Origin: a virus
Taxonomy: Duplodnaviria; Caudoviricetes
IMG/VR virus record: IMGVR_UViG_3300031463_000009
Location: 1-57,961 of that record
DNA length: 57,961 bases
Strand: one strand, 5' to 3'
Shown: piece after piece, positions 8,479-18,592 of the stretch
Layout of the letters: every line of letters begins with the position of its first letter
Numbering within the stretch: position 1 is the stretch's first letter
Position numbers and translations under genes: made by a program
Notes under the pieces: model-generated
The model's database searches: none
Seen by the model: only the letters and a program-made list of their open reading frames with translations
What the model was told of the DNA's origin: nothing

Positions 8479-9804
8479 TTGATGTTTCTCCTTAAGCCTC
8501 CTTTTGGAAAAGTCGCGATTAGAGAAGGTCTCTATATCCCGACCGAAAAAGTGCGGATGTCTGCTATTCAGACCTCCCTCACTTTTTTTTACTATGGAAA
8601 GAATATCCAACCTGTAAAACTTTATTATTTATTGGATACCCATGTGCTTGTTCCACGTAATTTTTTACCTCTGTCAAATTTTCCAGACTATTTGAACTAT
8701 ATTCCAAAGTTTGAATCAGTTGATTTTACTGATAATATCAAGTTCCTTCCTGAATATGCGGAAGTTCAGGAAGAAGCTTTTGAGTCGTTGGTAAATAGCC
8801 CAGGTGGCATACTTAAAATTCCGTGTGGTTATGGAAAAACAGTGCTTTCTCTAAAAATGATTGCTACTAAAAAACTACCAGCTTTAGTTATCGTACATAC
8901 CACAGACCTATTGAAGCAGTGGGCGATGGAAGCTGAGAAGCATTTAGGAATTACCCCTACAATTATTCAAGGTGAACAGAGCGAATTTCGCAAATCTCCT
9001 ATTACAATAGCGATGCTTCATACTCTAGCCAAATATAGAGACGAAATTCCTGAAGATATGAGGGCATATTACGGAGTAATTGTATGGGATGAAGTAGATG
9101 TGATTGGTACCCCTTATTTCATTCGCACAGCTGATCTGTTTTTTGGGCAACGCTTCGGTCTCTCGGCTACTACAAGAAGAGATGGTATGGATTTAGTCTA
9201 TAAATACCATTTAGGAAGGGTAATTTACTCTCACGAAGGATATAAGTTGTCACCGAAAGTATTTATTGTTAGTAACTTTAATTACTACCCGGAGTTTATG
9301 GATTGTGAACCGACTAATATTAGAATGTATGGAAAGGTATATACTCACCTGTCCAAATGTCCTAAAAGAAGAGAATTAGTCATTAGACTAATAAACGAGC
9401 TTATTGCACGGGGAAGAAAAATATTAGTTCTTGGTGAGCGAAAAGAAGAACTCCGCGAACTACACGAGCATTTCCCAGGGTCTGGTATTTGCGTGGCTGA
9501 AGTAGACCCTAATGAGCGTCGGGATTTTCTTGCTAATTCGCAAGTAATTTTTGGGATACGCTCGTTAGCTAAAAGAGGTTTAGATCAGCCAGATCTTGAT
9601 ACTCTAGTGGTATTGTATCCAATGTCAGACCCAGGGGGTATCCAGCAAAGCGCTGGGCGTATCTTGAGGCTTGCCGGAAACGAAAAATCCCCTGAGATAT
9701 ACGTGCTTCAAGATTTGAATATCCCACTTATGAGAAGTTTGGCAACTAAGATGTTAGTTCATCTGCGAAAAATGGGTTATGATGTTTTGGATCATTCCAT
9801 TTGA
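8479..9804 (+). CDS. Superfamily 2 (DEAD/H-box) helicase
   Basis: 'PCGYGKT', 'WDEVD', 'GLSAT', 'RGLDQPDL', 'QSAGRILR'. ATG at 8482 is the more likely start. Confidence 0.9.
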   Translation: MMFLLKPPFGKVAIREGLYIPTEKVRMSAIQTSLTFFYYGKNIQPVKLYYLLDTHVLVPRNFLPLSNFPDYLNYIPKFESVDFTDNIKFLPEYAEVQEEAFESLVNSPGGILKIPCGYGKTVLSLKMIATKKLPALVIVHTTDLLKQWAMEAEKHLGITPTIIQGEQSEFRKSPITIAMLHTLAKYRDEIPEDMRAYYGVIVWDEVDVIGTPYFIRTADLFFGQRFGLSATTRRDGMDLVYKYHLGRVIYSHEGYKLSPKVFIVSNFNYYPEFMDCEPTNIRMYGKVYTHLSKCPKRRELVIRLINELIARGRKILVLGERKEELRELHEHFPGSGICVAEVDPNERRDFLANSQVIFGIRSLAKRGLDQPDLDTLVVLYPMSDPGGIQQSAGRILRLAGNEKSPEIYVLQDLNIPLMRSLATKMLVHLRKMGYDVLDHSI

Positions 9805-9829
9805 CTTTTGACAGGCTTTTGTTTAGAAT
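9801..9829 (+). promoter_or_regulatory. Sigma70-like promoter for replication operon
   Basis: TTGACT-N17-TAGAAT. Confidence 0.6.
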
Positions 9830-9848
9830 CTGAAAAAGGGGAGAAGAT

Positions 9849-10505
9849 ATGATGAACGAACAGGAAATTCTGAGAGAGATTTCTGTCTGCACAAGATGTT
9901 CTCTACATAAAACGGCGGATTTAAAAGTCCCAGGGAGAGGTGATACTACAGCTGATATTGTCATCGTCGGTATAGGACCAGGACCTATGGAGAATAAGCA
10001 GGGAACGGCATTTGTTGGGGATTCTGGAAGAGTTCTTGAAAGCGCATTAGCTGAGATTAAAGCAGATTACGACTATTCAAAAATTACATATTACTTGACG
10101 AATCTTATAAGGTGCGCTCCGTGGAAGGACAAAAGTCGTGGTCAGGTTAGAGACCCTTCTCAGGATGAGATAGATAGTTGCGCTTCTTTTTTAGATGCTG
10201 AATTAAATATGATTAACCCTAAACTAGTAATCGCTCTTGGCGAGGTTCCTATGCATGCTTTTGGAAGAAGAGCCAAAATGGCTAAAGTTAGAGGAAGAGT
10301 ATTTGACGGAAAGTGGTTGAATAGATCATGGCCAGTTCTTCCTACATGGCACCCAGCCCACATAGTTAGATCAGGACCAGGACAGGCGTCGAAGGATTTT
10401 TACAAAGACCTTCGTTTAGGTTTTTTTATTGTCCACGAACTAAAGTATTTGAAATATTCTAACACGTGCAGTATTTCTTCTGGTATAGTAGAACAGGCTA
10501 GATAA
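9849..10505 (+). CDS. Uracil-DNA glycosylase, family 4 type
   Basis: 'CTRCSL', 'VGIGPG..E...G.AFVG.SG', 'TNLIRC.P', 'P...EI..C', 'PTWHPA'. Confidence 0.9.
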   Translation: MMNEQEILREISVCTRCSLHKTADLKVPGRGDTTADIVIVGIGPGPMENKQGTAFVGDSGRVLESALAEIKADYDYSKITYYLTNLIRCAPWKDKSRGQVRDPSQDEIDSCASFLDAELNMINPKLVIALGEVPMHAFGRRAKMAKVRGRVFDGKWLNRSWPVLPTWHPAHIVRSGPGQASKDFYKDLRLGFFIVHELKYLKYSNTCSISSGIVEQAR

Positions 10506-10528
10506 AAATACAAAGAAGGAGGATTAAG

Positions 10529-10951
10529 ATGCCGGGAGATATTAACAGAGAGGACATTACAATTGAGGCTGGTTTTGTGACAGGGAGAGGAAACCAAGTT
10601 ACAGATTATGACAGACAAGAAAAGAAGATGAGCACGGTTGTGGAAGGAATACCTTGTTGGGTTGGCGGGAGCACGCAGATAACCCATCAAATGCCAAATG
10701 GTGATTGGGTAAAGATTGGTGTATCTGTAAAGTTCCCGCTTGGAAAGCCGATTAGCGAAGAGACCAGAAAATTGGTTCAAGATGCTCTTCAGGACATATT
10801 TAAGATTGTTAACGCTGAGGCTTTGAACCAAAACAAGATTTGGCGCAAGGCTTATAACGCTGCTCAGAGGATACCGGTTCAAACTCAGCCCAGACCTTCT
10901 GAAATCACCCCAGTTAGTGAATTATTCAATGTTGGAGTAAATGATGACTGA
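10529..10951 (+). CDS. Hypothetical protein
   Basis: GGAGG RBS; co-oriented in operon. Confidence 0.75.
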   Translation: MPGDINREDITIEAGFVTGRGNQVTDYDRQEKKMSTVVEGIPCWVGGSTQITHQMPNGDWVKIGVSVKFPLGKPISEETRKLVQDALQDIFKIVNAEALNQNKIWRKAYNAAQRIPVQTQPRPSEITPVSELFNVGVNDD

Positions 10952-11159
10952 AAATTTAAAACTTGATATTAAAATAACAGAGATTCATTGGAAGGCTCCT
11001 GAAGCGCTTAGCTACAAGATTACGATCAATGATTTTGTAACTGAGACATTTTTGTTCACCCCGACAGAGTCAGAGGCAACAGAGAAGTTCTTTGAGTTTA
11101 TTAAAACATTGCTTAAAGAAACAGAAGAATTTGTTAAGTCTAAGTTTAGTGCTGAATAA
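10941..11159 (+). CDS. Hypothetical protein
   Basis: GGAG RBS; overlaps previous stop. Confidence 0.7.
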   Translation: MMTENLKLDIKITEIHWKAPEALSYKITINDFVTETFLFTPTESEATEKFFEFIKTLLKETEEFVKSKFSAE

Positions 11160-11177
11160 CTTTTGGGATGATGTGTT

Positions 11178-12515
11178 ATGGCTAATTGGGAAAGGATATT
11201 ACTTTCTCAGCTTATTAAGAGAGACCGTGAACAAGGATTTACCTATGTAAAATCATCTGGAATATCATCAGACGATTTCTCTGACCCTATAGCAAGGGGT
11301 GTATATCAATTCATAGAACTTTTTTACTCTAAGTATAATAGTCTGCCTTCTGATGAGGCCGTTCTTGAAAAGTTCCCAGATTTTCAGTTTACAAATACAG
11401 CCGATCCATTGGAGGCGGTAGTAAAGCAAGTTATTTCTGGATCCGTGCATACACATATAAACTACTGTTTTCAGAGCCTTAAAGAGAAGTTTTATAGCAA
11501 CCCATGGGAAGCCTGCGCTAGGATTGAAGACACCATATACAGATTACGCAAGAGGTTCGATTCAAATGCAAATAAATATTTGAATATAGGTTCAGCTATT
11601 TCTAACTTTGAGATTGAATATAAGCAGGTACAGGAAGGCATCCTTATAGGACTTCCTTATCCTTGGCACACACTTACTAAAGTTACTAGGGGAGCGAAAT
11701 CTGGAGAATTGATCGCTTTTTATGCCCTTCCAAAAATGTGTAAAACATGGTTGTTACTTGTGTGTTGTGCTGAGGTGCTGAAGGCTGGTAATAAAGTTTT
11801 ACTTATCTCTAGGGAAATGCATCCTGAGATACTGTTCAGAAGACTTTTAGTTATCTTGGCAAAAGTTAATTACTCTTCATTTAACTACGCGTCGTTGAGC
11901 GAAGCTGAGATGCAACGAGTAAAGGATGCTTCGAAGTGGCTTATGGAGCACAAAGATTTATTGTGTATCAGCGACGCTAGGACAGAATCTGGAGAGGTTA
12001 ATGTTTCATCTATTAGAGAGACAGCTAAATCTTTGATTCCTAAAGCTATTTTTATAGATGGTATTCATAGATTAGATGACGAATTGTCTAAGGATAGAGT
12101 GAAAGACCATAGAGCATTCATAAATGTCACACAGAATCTAAAAGACTTAGCTATGCAACTAAATGTCCCTGTATTCATAACATCTCAAGCAAACAGATAT
12201 GGAGAAGCTGGAAGGCATTTCAAAGATGTTGGGTATGGATTATCTTTAGCCCAAGACGCAGATATTCTTCTTCGTCTTTATCATTCGAAGACAAACAATC
12301 AGATATTGGCATTAGTAGTTGCTGCCAGGGAAACAGATGTTGAAAGTTTTTTAGTACGGGCTAATATAGCAACTGATTTTTCTGAAAGTCCTAAACCGGT
12401 TGCTTTTGACCCTAAAGAATTCATAGCTCAGACAGAATCAGAAGCTCTTCGTGATAACGGAGAATCTGTAGCTGGTATAGCGGAAAGCTTTAAGGATGAG
12501 AAGACGGAGTTCTGA
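11178..12515 (+). CDS. dnaB: DnaB-like replicative helicase
   Basis: 'GLPYPW..L...TRG...GEL', atypical Walker A 'ALPKMCKT', 'SREM', 'FIDG', 'LKDLAMQLNVPV..TSQANR', 'QDAD'. Confidence 0.88.
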   Translation: MANWERILLSQLIKRDREQGFTYVKSSGISSDDFSDPIARGVYQFIELFYSKYNSLPSDEAVLEKFPDFQFTNTADPLEAVVKQVISGSVHTHINYCFQSLKEKFYSNPWEACARIEDTIYRLRKRFDSNANKYLNIGSAISNFEIEYKQVQEGILIGLPYPWHTLTKVTRGAKSGELIAFYALPKMCKTWLLLVCCAEVLKAGNKVLLISREMHPEILFRRLLVILAKVNYSSFNYASLSEAEMQRVKDASKWLMEHKDLLCISDARTESGEVNVSSIRETAKSLIPKAIFIDGIHRLDDELSKDRVKDHRAFINVTQNLKDLAMQLNVPVFITSQANRYGEAGRHFKDVGYGLSLAQDADILLRLYHSKTNNQILALVVAARETDVESFLVRANIATDFSESPKPVAFDPKEFIAQTESEALRDNGESVAGIAESFKDEKTEF

Positions 12516-13447
12516 TGTTTTTTCCTCAACCGTTTACATTCGTTGATGCCACAGTTAGAGCATATGTCAACGACTTTGGTTATTCTGGCACTGACTTTCA
12601 CCATCCTAAATCCATAGTAATCAAATGCCCATTTCATGGGGATAAAAAGCATAAACATTTATACATATTTCTTAAGACTGGAAAATGGGTATGTTTTAGG
12701 TGTGGAGCTCATGGTTTCTGGGAGGACCTTTTGCAGGAACTAAATTGGGTGGAGACGCATATCCCAGATAGAATTTTGCCACCGTCTGAAAATATCAAGA
12801 AAGATGAGCTTCTTGTTCTACCAGAAAGTGTTCTAGCGTCATATAGGATAGTTCCAAAATTATTGCTCGACAAAGGGTTTGATCCGATGCTTTTAATAAA
12901 ACATCAAGTTGGATTTGACAGAATAAACATGCGGATTGTTTTTCCTATACGCTCTTACAAAGGAGAATTAGTTGGGATTGTTGGAAGAACCATTTTCTCA
13001 GATGTTGAACCTAGATACATGGCTTATACCTCCATATTAAAAGAGAGCTACCCCAATTACAATTTTTATAAGGGTCATCATCTGTATAATTTCAACAACA
13101 TCTACTCAAAGTATTACAATTCCAGTACTCAACCAAAAATAATTATTGTGGAAGGTTTCAAAGCATGTTTGTGGTTAGTACAACAGGGTTGGGAAGACAC
13201 GTGTGCTCTAATGGGTAGCAATATGACTAAAGAGCAAGCCAATCTTCTGTCGTCGCTTACTAATAGATTTGTGCTTTTTCTTGATAATAATCCAGCTGGA
13301 AGGAGCGGCTCTAAAAAAATTGTCACGTTTTTGCAGAATTATGGTATAGTTGATGATGTGGTAACTCCTAAGATGACTAAAGAACAGCCAGATGATTTTA
13401 GTAAGGCTGAACTTAAGGATATTTTGGATCCTGTGTTAAATAATTAA
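12515..13447 (+). CDS. dnaG: DNA primase (DnaG-type)
   Basis: Zn finger 'CPFH...WVCFRCG', 'RIVFPI...G.VGR', TOPRIM 'IIVEG' and 'LFLDN..AG', 'QPDD'. Confidence 0.9.
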   Translation: MFFPQPFTFVDATVRAYVNDFGYSGTDFHHPKSIVIKCPFHGDKKHKHLYIFLKTGKWVCFRCGAHGFWEDLLQELNWVETHIPDRILPPSENIKKDELLVLPESVLASYRIVPKLLLDKGFDPMLLIKHQVGFDRINMRIVFPIRSYKGELVGIVGRTIFSDVEPRYMAYTSILKESYPNYNFYKGHHLYNFNNIYSKYYNSSTQPKIIIVEGFKACLWLVQQGWEDTCALMGSNMTKEQANLLSSLTNRFVLFLDNNPAGRSGSKKIVTFLQNYGIVDDVVTPKMTKEQPDDFSKAELKDILDPVLNN

Positions 13448-13471
13448 ATAAAAAGAGAAAGGAGAAGAAAG

Positions 13472-14575
13472 ATGGACACATTTACTAGCGGTGTTAAGGA
13501 CATGTTGGAAGGGGAGTCGTCAGGGTTCGGCAATTTTTTTAGGTTGGATAGTAACCAAGAAGCAGTCGTGAGGATATTGCCTTTTCCTCCGTATCGTTTC
13601 TTACAGCACACGGCATTTATCAATGGTAAATTCAGGTCTTTCCCATGCTCTGCAAAGTCAGACCCAGAAGGAAAATGTATAGGTTGCTATCTTGTAAACC
13701 GTGGGGACAAGCGGGTCAATACAAGAAAAGTAGCTTTATATGAAATACTTGATTTGAGAAAAATGCATGTGCTGGATATGGGTATCCAAGGAGAGCAGAT
13801 ATATTACTGCACAGCGGACCCAAGATACGGAACAGCATGTTCGTTATGTAACCAAGGCAATAGACCAGTGTGGGCAGGTAGAAAAGTCTGGCAACTACCT
13901 CCGTTTTACCTGCAAGCAATCTTTCAACACCATCTTGAAATGAATCTATTTTGCCGGACATGCGGAGTCGGTGCTATACGTGTGAAGGCTTTGATGTGCC
14001 CTGAGTGTAAGGCCGATATTTTCCCACCTGATAAACTCCCACTTGTTAAACCCCTTGATCTGGCTAGGCTTGTTGCCACATCAGCTATATGTCCGTCTTG
14101 TAGGAAAAAAGTCGTTCCTGTAGAGACTATAGAGTGTTCTTCAAGATGTAAAAATCCAATGAGAGCGGGGATACATGATGTTGACCTTAAAGTCCAAAAG
14201 ATTAAACAGTTAGGAAAATCAGGAGCATCCTACTGGACGCTTGTTGTTAACAAGGTTGAGAACAACGTAATGCCGATACCAAAGGAGTTTTTAGATGAGT
14301 TGAACAAACCAAGTGACTTGGCTAATATGTGCAAACCACCTTCTCTTGATAAACAAGCCAGTATACTTGGAATTCCAAATCCATTTGCATCTCCAGCTGA
14401 TTATGGTCCATCCTACGCCAGTTTCGGGCAACCGATTGGTAGTGGGGCATCTGCACCCCCACAACCACCACATAGGACGATGCCTTCTTATCCAGGGGTA
14501 CATAATCAAGGCAATGTTCCAGATGGGGATTTGCCAATAAACTTTCCAGAGTCTGAAGAGGATATTCCATACTAA
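13472..14575 (+). CDS. Probable single-stranded DNA-binding protein (gp32-like) with multiple Zn-finger inserts
   Basis: 'FFRL..NQEAVVRILP...H......SFPC......CIGC' N-terminus, acidic tail 'EEDIPY', position between primase and polymerase. Confidence 0.65.
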   Translation: MDTFTSGVKDMLEGESSGFGNFFRLDSNQEAVVRILPFPPYRFLQHTAFINGKFRSFPCSAKSDPEGKCIGCYLVNRGDKRVNTRKVALYEILDLRKMHVLDMGIQGEQIYYCTADPRYGTACSLCNQGNRPVWAGRKVWQLPPFYLQAIFQHHLEMNLFCRTCGVGAIRVKALMCPECKADIFPPDKLPLVKPLDLARLVATSAICPSCRKKVVPVETIECSSRCKNPMRAGIHDVDLKVQKIKQLGKSGASYWTLVVNKVENNVMPIPKEFLDELNKPSDLANMCKPPSLDKQASILGIPNPFASPADYGPSYASFGQPIGSGASAPPQPPHRTMPSYPGVHNQGNVPDGDLPINFPESEEDIPY

Positions 14576-14581
14576 TCATGG

Positions 14582-16402
14582 GTGTATGGTATGCTGTTCC
14601 CAAAAGTGGAAATACTTAGGGATAAATCTGAGCTATTAACTCCAAAAGAGTTTTTGGCTATAGATACTGAAACTACAGGAGATTCCATAAAAATGGATTA
14701 CACACCTTTACTCGACAAGATTGTTCTGGTTACAATCAGCGACGGTGAGAGAAGACAAGTAGTTTCACCTGAGATGCTGCCTGTAGTTAAGGGTCTTCTC
14801 GAAGATCCACAAATTCCCAAAGTGTTTCATAATGCCAAGTATGATTTACATGTTTTGGCTAATCATGGGTATTTTCTGAAAGGACCTATTTGGGATACGA
14901 TGGTAATGGCTTGGTTGATTTGTGTCAACGACAAATTCAGTTTGGATGCTGTGGCTGAACAGTATCTTGGGGAAGGAAAGAGGTCTTATGCAAAAATATT
15001 TAGTTCTAAAAATCCGTTTTTGTCTGACCTTGAATTGAGCTTTGAGTACGCATCAAGAGATGCGTTTTTGACAGCAACTGTTTTTCCAATTCTCAGAGAT
15101 AAACTAAAAAGTTTTCCCTGGATACTTAAGGAAGGTAAAACGCTTTGGGACTATTACTGCGAAATAGAATCTAAGTTTACTCTTGTTCTTTTTAATATGG
15201 AGCGTAGGGGTATTAAAGTAGATGTTCAGTATTTAGTTGAGCTTGGAAAAACTCTAAACGAAAAGATAAGTCAGATTGAAGAGGAGATAAATGCTGCGGC
15301 TGGAAGACCTATAAATTTACGGTCGCATCAACAGCTGGCTAAATTCTTGTTTAATGACCTTGGCATTGTATCTGCAGCTAAAACCCCTGGCGGTAAATTC
15401 TTATCTACTAATGAAGATGTACTAAAAGACCTAGCAAGTAAAGGGTACAAGCTTGTAGATCGTATCTTAGAACACAGGAAATTGTCTAAACTACTTAGCA
15501 CTTATGTGACAGGTTTAATAGAAAAGGTAAATCTGACAGGCGGTAGGCTGTATCCAACATTTAATCAGACTAATGCTAGGACGGGAAGGCTTTCAGCATC
15601 TAACCCCAATACACAAAACTTTCCAAAACAGAAGGACCAATATAAGATTCGTTCCGCATTTATTGCCGACAAAGATAATTGTCTTATTGACGCTGATCTT
15701 AGTCAGGCCGAGGTAAGACTAATAGCCCATATATCAGGCGATCCAGCACTAATAAAATCAGTTATGCAAAAAGATGTGTACACTGCTATAGGATCCGAAG
15801 TGTTTGGTGTTCCTCCAGATAAGATAACTAAACCGATGCGTGAAAGGATAAAGAGGTTAGTTCTCGCCACTAATTATGGGATGAGTGCTAAGAGGTTAGC
15901 TGTGGAACTAACCGAAGGTGGTATACCCACAACTTCGGCAGAAGCAGAAAATCTTTTGGACAGGTACTTTAAGGTATTTCCATTGTTGCACAAGTATATT
16001 GAAAATATCCCATATATAATCAAGCAGAATGGAGGTAAATTCTATACATTACTAGGTCGTCATAGGGATATTATGGAGCTATTTTCAAGTTCGTTTAACA
16101 CTAAGGCGGAAGGTGAACGGCAAGCTGTGAATACAGGTCCACAGGCCGGTGTAGCTGATGTACTTCGTATGAGTATGATCTATCTGGAGTCCGACCAGGA
16201 GCTTAGCGAGTATGGAGTAAGAATGCTTCTACAGATTCATGATGAGTTGCTGTTCGAAGCACCGTGCGATAAGGTTACAGATAAAGTTTTAGATAGAATA
16301 AAACATATTATGGCTAATAGTTTGGAACAGGTAGGTATTAACCTGACAGTTCCTTTGAATGTTGACATTCAGAAGATTTATAGATGGAGCGATAGAAAAT
16401 AA
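14582..16402 (+). CDS. polA: Family A DNA polymerase (3'-5' exonuclease + polymerase, no 5' exonuclease)
   Basis: 'AIDTETTG', 'FHNAKYD', 'YASRDA', 'TGRLSASNPNTQN', 'DLSQAEVR', 'RERIK...ATNYG', 'LQIHDEL'. Confidence 0.95.
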   Translation: MYGMLFPKVEILRDKSELLTPKEFLAIDTETTGDSIKMDYTPLLDKIVLVTISDGERRQVVSPEMLPVVKGLLEDPQIPKVFHNAKYDLHVLANHGYFLKGPIWDTMVMAWLICVNDKFSLDAVAEQYLGEGKRSYAKIFSSKNPFLSDLELSFEYASRDAFLTATVFPILRDKLKSFPWILKEGKTLWDYYCEIESKFTLVLFNMERRGIKVDVQYLVELGKTLNEKISQIEEEINAAAGRPINLRSHQQLAKFLFNDLGIVSAAKTPGGKFLSTNEDVLKDLASKGYKLVDRILEHRKLSKLLSTYVTGLIEKVNLTGGRLYPTFNQTNARTGRLSASNPNTQNFPKQKDQYKIRSAFIADKDNCLIDADLSQAEVRLIAHISGDPALIKSVMQKDVYTAIGSEVFGVPPDKITKPMRERIKRLVLATNYGMSAKRLAVELTEGGIPTTSAEAENLLDRYFKVFPLLHKYIENIPYIIKQNGGKFYTLLGRHRDIMELFSSSFNTKAEGERQAVNTGPQAGVADVLRMSMIYLESDQELSEYGVRMLLQIHDELLFEAPCDKVTDKVLDRIKHIMANSLEQVGINLTVPLNVDIQKIYRWSDRK

Positions 16403-16427
16403 TAAAATAAAGAAAGGAGAGTAAACA

Positions 16428-16754
16428 ATGAGTGCGAATGGTAGATGCGGAGAATCTAACGGGAGAGTTGTGGGTGAGAAGAGTTGCCCATTCTGTGGGC
16501 GTGTTCATTCATGGAGATCATCCGCTGTGAATTGTTGCGCCAGTTTTATGCTGCAGATTCATAAGGAAAACGTAGCTATTCTTAAGAAATTGGAAGCAGA
16601 ACATGGAAGCGTGAGAGCTTCTGTTATTAAGCTTTTGTTCAAAGATTTAATTAAAAGATTCAAGATGCTGTGGTATTTCTGCTCTCTACCATCCCGCGAG
16701 AAACAGCCAGATGTTAAGGAGCACTACGTTTCTAGTTCTGAACAAGGGGAATAG
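16428..16754 (+). CDS. Hypothetical protein (CPFC Zn motif)
   Basis: AAAGGAG RBS; CPFC...H...CC. Confidence 0.7.
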   Translation: MSANGRCGESNGRVVGEKSCPFCGRVHSWRSSAVNCCASFMLQIHKENVAILKKLEAEHGSVRASVIKLLFKDLIKRFKMLWYFCSLPSREKQPDVKEHYVSSSEQGE

Positions 16755-16756
16755 CT

Positions 16757-17068
16757 ATGATAAAGAAAGATACTGAAGTACTTTTGAGGATACCTTATGG
16801 CTTGGTTCCTGTGCTAATCAAATTGATAGACGCAGGTTCTAAACTTATGGAAAGAGAGATAGGTGGGAAAATGCTCGATTGGATAACAAAGCTTAATTCT
16901 AATCGAGAATTGCTAATCGTCAAAGATTGCCCAAGATGCCACTATCAATTTGTCCAAGAAAAAGGAAAAAAATGTAGCAGTTGTGGCAACCCTCTGATAA
17001 AACGTGGCGATGACTATTACTGCCCGATGTGTGGAGGTTCTCTTGGAAGAAATACACAAAAAGTTTGA
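16757..17068 (+). CDS. Zn-ribbon protein
   Basis: CPRC, CSSC and CPMC motifs. Confidence 0.65.
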   Translation: MIKKDTEVLLRIPYGLVPVLIKLIDAGSKLMEREIGGKMLDWITKLNSNRELLIVKDCPRCHYQFVQEKGKKCSSCGNPLIKRGDDYYCPMCGGSLGRNTQKV

Positions 17069-18104
17069 TTGGTTAGGCAAGCTGGATGTCGAGAAGAGGG
17101 AGATTTGTATTTTGTCTGGTAATGACATCGCAAATACTCAAGAACTCACCAGAATTAATACAGGTATATTAGCTCTCGATGTTACTCTCGGTGGAGGTTT
17201 GCCTAAGGCGTCTATTATAGAATTTTGGGGTCCTGAAAGTGTTGGTAAGACTTCCATAGCTCTAAAGTGTGCTTCATCGGCCATGAAACAGCTATCAGAC
17301 GCATGTGTCGGTTATGTGTGTATGGAATCGCCTGTATCTGAGGATTGGGCTAGGAAATTAGGCGTTCCTCTCGATGATAGGCTAAATGTGGTTTATCCTA
17401 ATAAGGCTGAAGATGCGTTAGAGGTAGCTTTTCGGATGATTACAAGCAGGAAATTTTCATTGGTTATACTTGACTCTGTTCCTGCACTTACAGCTGAGAC
17501 TGAAGCAAAAAGTCAGATAGGGAAACGCTATATAGCTCCTGTAGCGTTATTGAACACGTTCCTTCGTAAAGTGATAAACACTTTGGGAAAAGGAACGGAT
17601 CCTAATCAAACATCTGTTATTCTCATAAATCAGGTAAGAGTTCAATTCGGTCTTGGTTGGGACTATTCTCCAGATGAACTTGAATACACCCCAGGTGGAA
17701 GAGGTCTTAGGCATTTCAAGAATTTGTCAATAAAATTTATACGGCAGGATCTGATAAGGAGCGAGGAAGACGAGGTTGTTGGAATGGCTGTTAGATTCAT
17801 TATAACTAAAAGCAAAATCTCTAATTGTCTTGAGCATTCCGATGGGAATTTTGATTTTTATATCAAGGATAATCCTCCATTTAAGGCTGGAGAAATAGAT
17901 TACATCAAGGATGTTCGTCAGGAAGCATGCAAAGCCAACGTCATTACGAGATCTGGGGCATACTATGAATACGCAGGTAGGAGTTTTCACGGTCAAGCAT
18001 CTTTGGATAAGTATTTGATGGAACAGCCAGATATACGTGAAGAGATACATAAGAAGGTTGTTGAGTTCTGGAGTAATAAAAGAAAAGTTGATAGTGTAGA
18101 ATAA
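17004..18104 (+). CDS. recA: RecA-like recombinase
   Basis: 'TGILALDVTLGGGLP', 'GPESVGKT', 'ILDSVPAL', 'ILINQVR', 'TPGGRGLRH', 'SGAYY'. Start uncertain. Confidence 0.93.
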   Translation: MAMTITARCVEVLLEEIHKKFDWLGKLDVEKREICILSGNDIANTQELTRINTGILALDVTLGGGLPKASIIEFWGPESVGKTSIALKCASSAMKQLSDACVGYVCMESPVSEDWARKLGVPLDDRLNVVYPNKAEDALEVAFRMITSRKFSLVILDSVPALTAETEAKSQIGKRYIAPVALLNTFLRKVINTLGKGTDPNQTSVILINQVRVQFGLGWDYSPDELEYTPGGRGLRHFKNLSIKFIRQDLIRSEEDEVVGMAVRFIITKSKISNCLEHSDGNFDFYIKDNPPFKAGEIDYIKDVRQEACKANVITRSGAYYEYAGRSFHGQASLDKYLMEQPDIREEIHKKVVEFWSNKRKVDSVE

Positions 18105-18124
18105 CTAAAAAAGGAGAATTTACC

Positions 18125-18592
18125 ATGACTAACGAACTAGTAAAAATTAAGAGAAGAGCAACGACAAATAAGATCATAATCCATCACAGTTTGACCGAAG
18201 ATGGTAAAACTGTTAGTTGGCAGGCAATAAGGAACTACCATATAAACACTAACGGATGGTCGGATATTGGCTATCATTTCGGCATTGAGCTTATCGATAA
18301 TAGCCTAGAGATACTTGTCGGTCGTCCTTTGCTGTCTGTTGGTGCTCATACTGTTGGCCAGAATGAGAACAGCATTGGGATATGCTGTGTGGGGAACTAT
18401 GACATTGTTTCACCTACTTTTAAGATGTATGCAAAACTTGCAGAGCTAGTAGCCAATCTGTTAATTGTGTTCAAACTTGATATTAACTCTATATATGGGC
18501 ATAGAGATTTCGCTCCTAAATCTTGCCCAGGTAAACTGTTCGACATTAATGAACTTAAGCGTTTAGTATCAGAGTATCTATCTAAATACTGA
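18125..18592 (+). CDS. N-acetylmuramoyl-L-alanine amidase (T7 lysozyme/Amidase_2 type)
   Basis: 'IIIHHS', 'GWSDIGYHF', 'GAHTVGQN..SIGIC.VGN', 'GHRD...KSCPG'. Confidence 0.92.
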   Translation: MTNELVKIKRRATTNKIIIHHSLTEDGKTVSWQAIRNYHINTNGWSDIGYHFGIELIDNSLEILVGRPLLSVGAHTVGQNENSIGICCVGNYDIVSPTFKMYAKLAELVANLLIVFKLDINSIYGHRDFAPKSCPGKLFDINELKRLVSEYLSKY

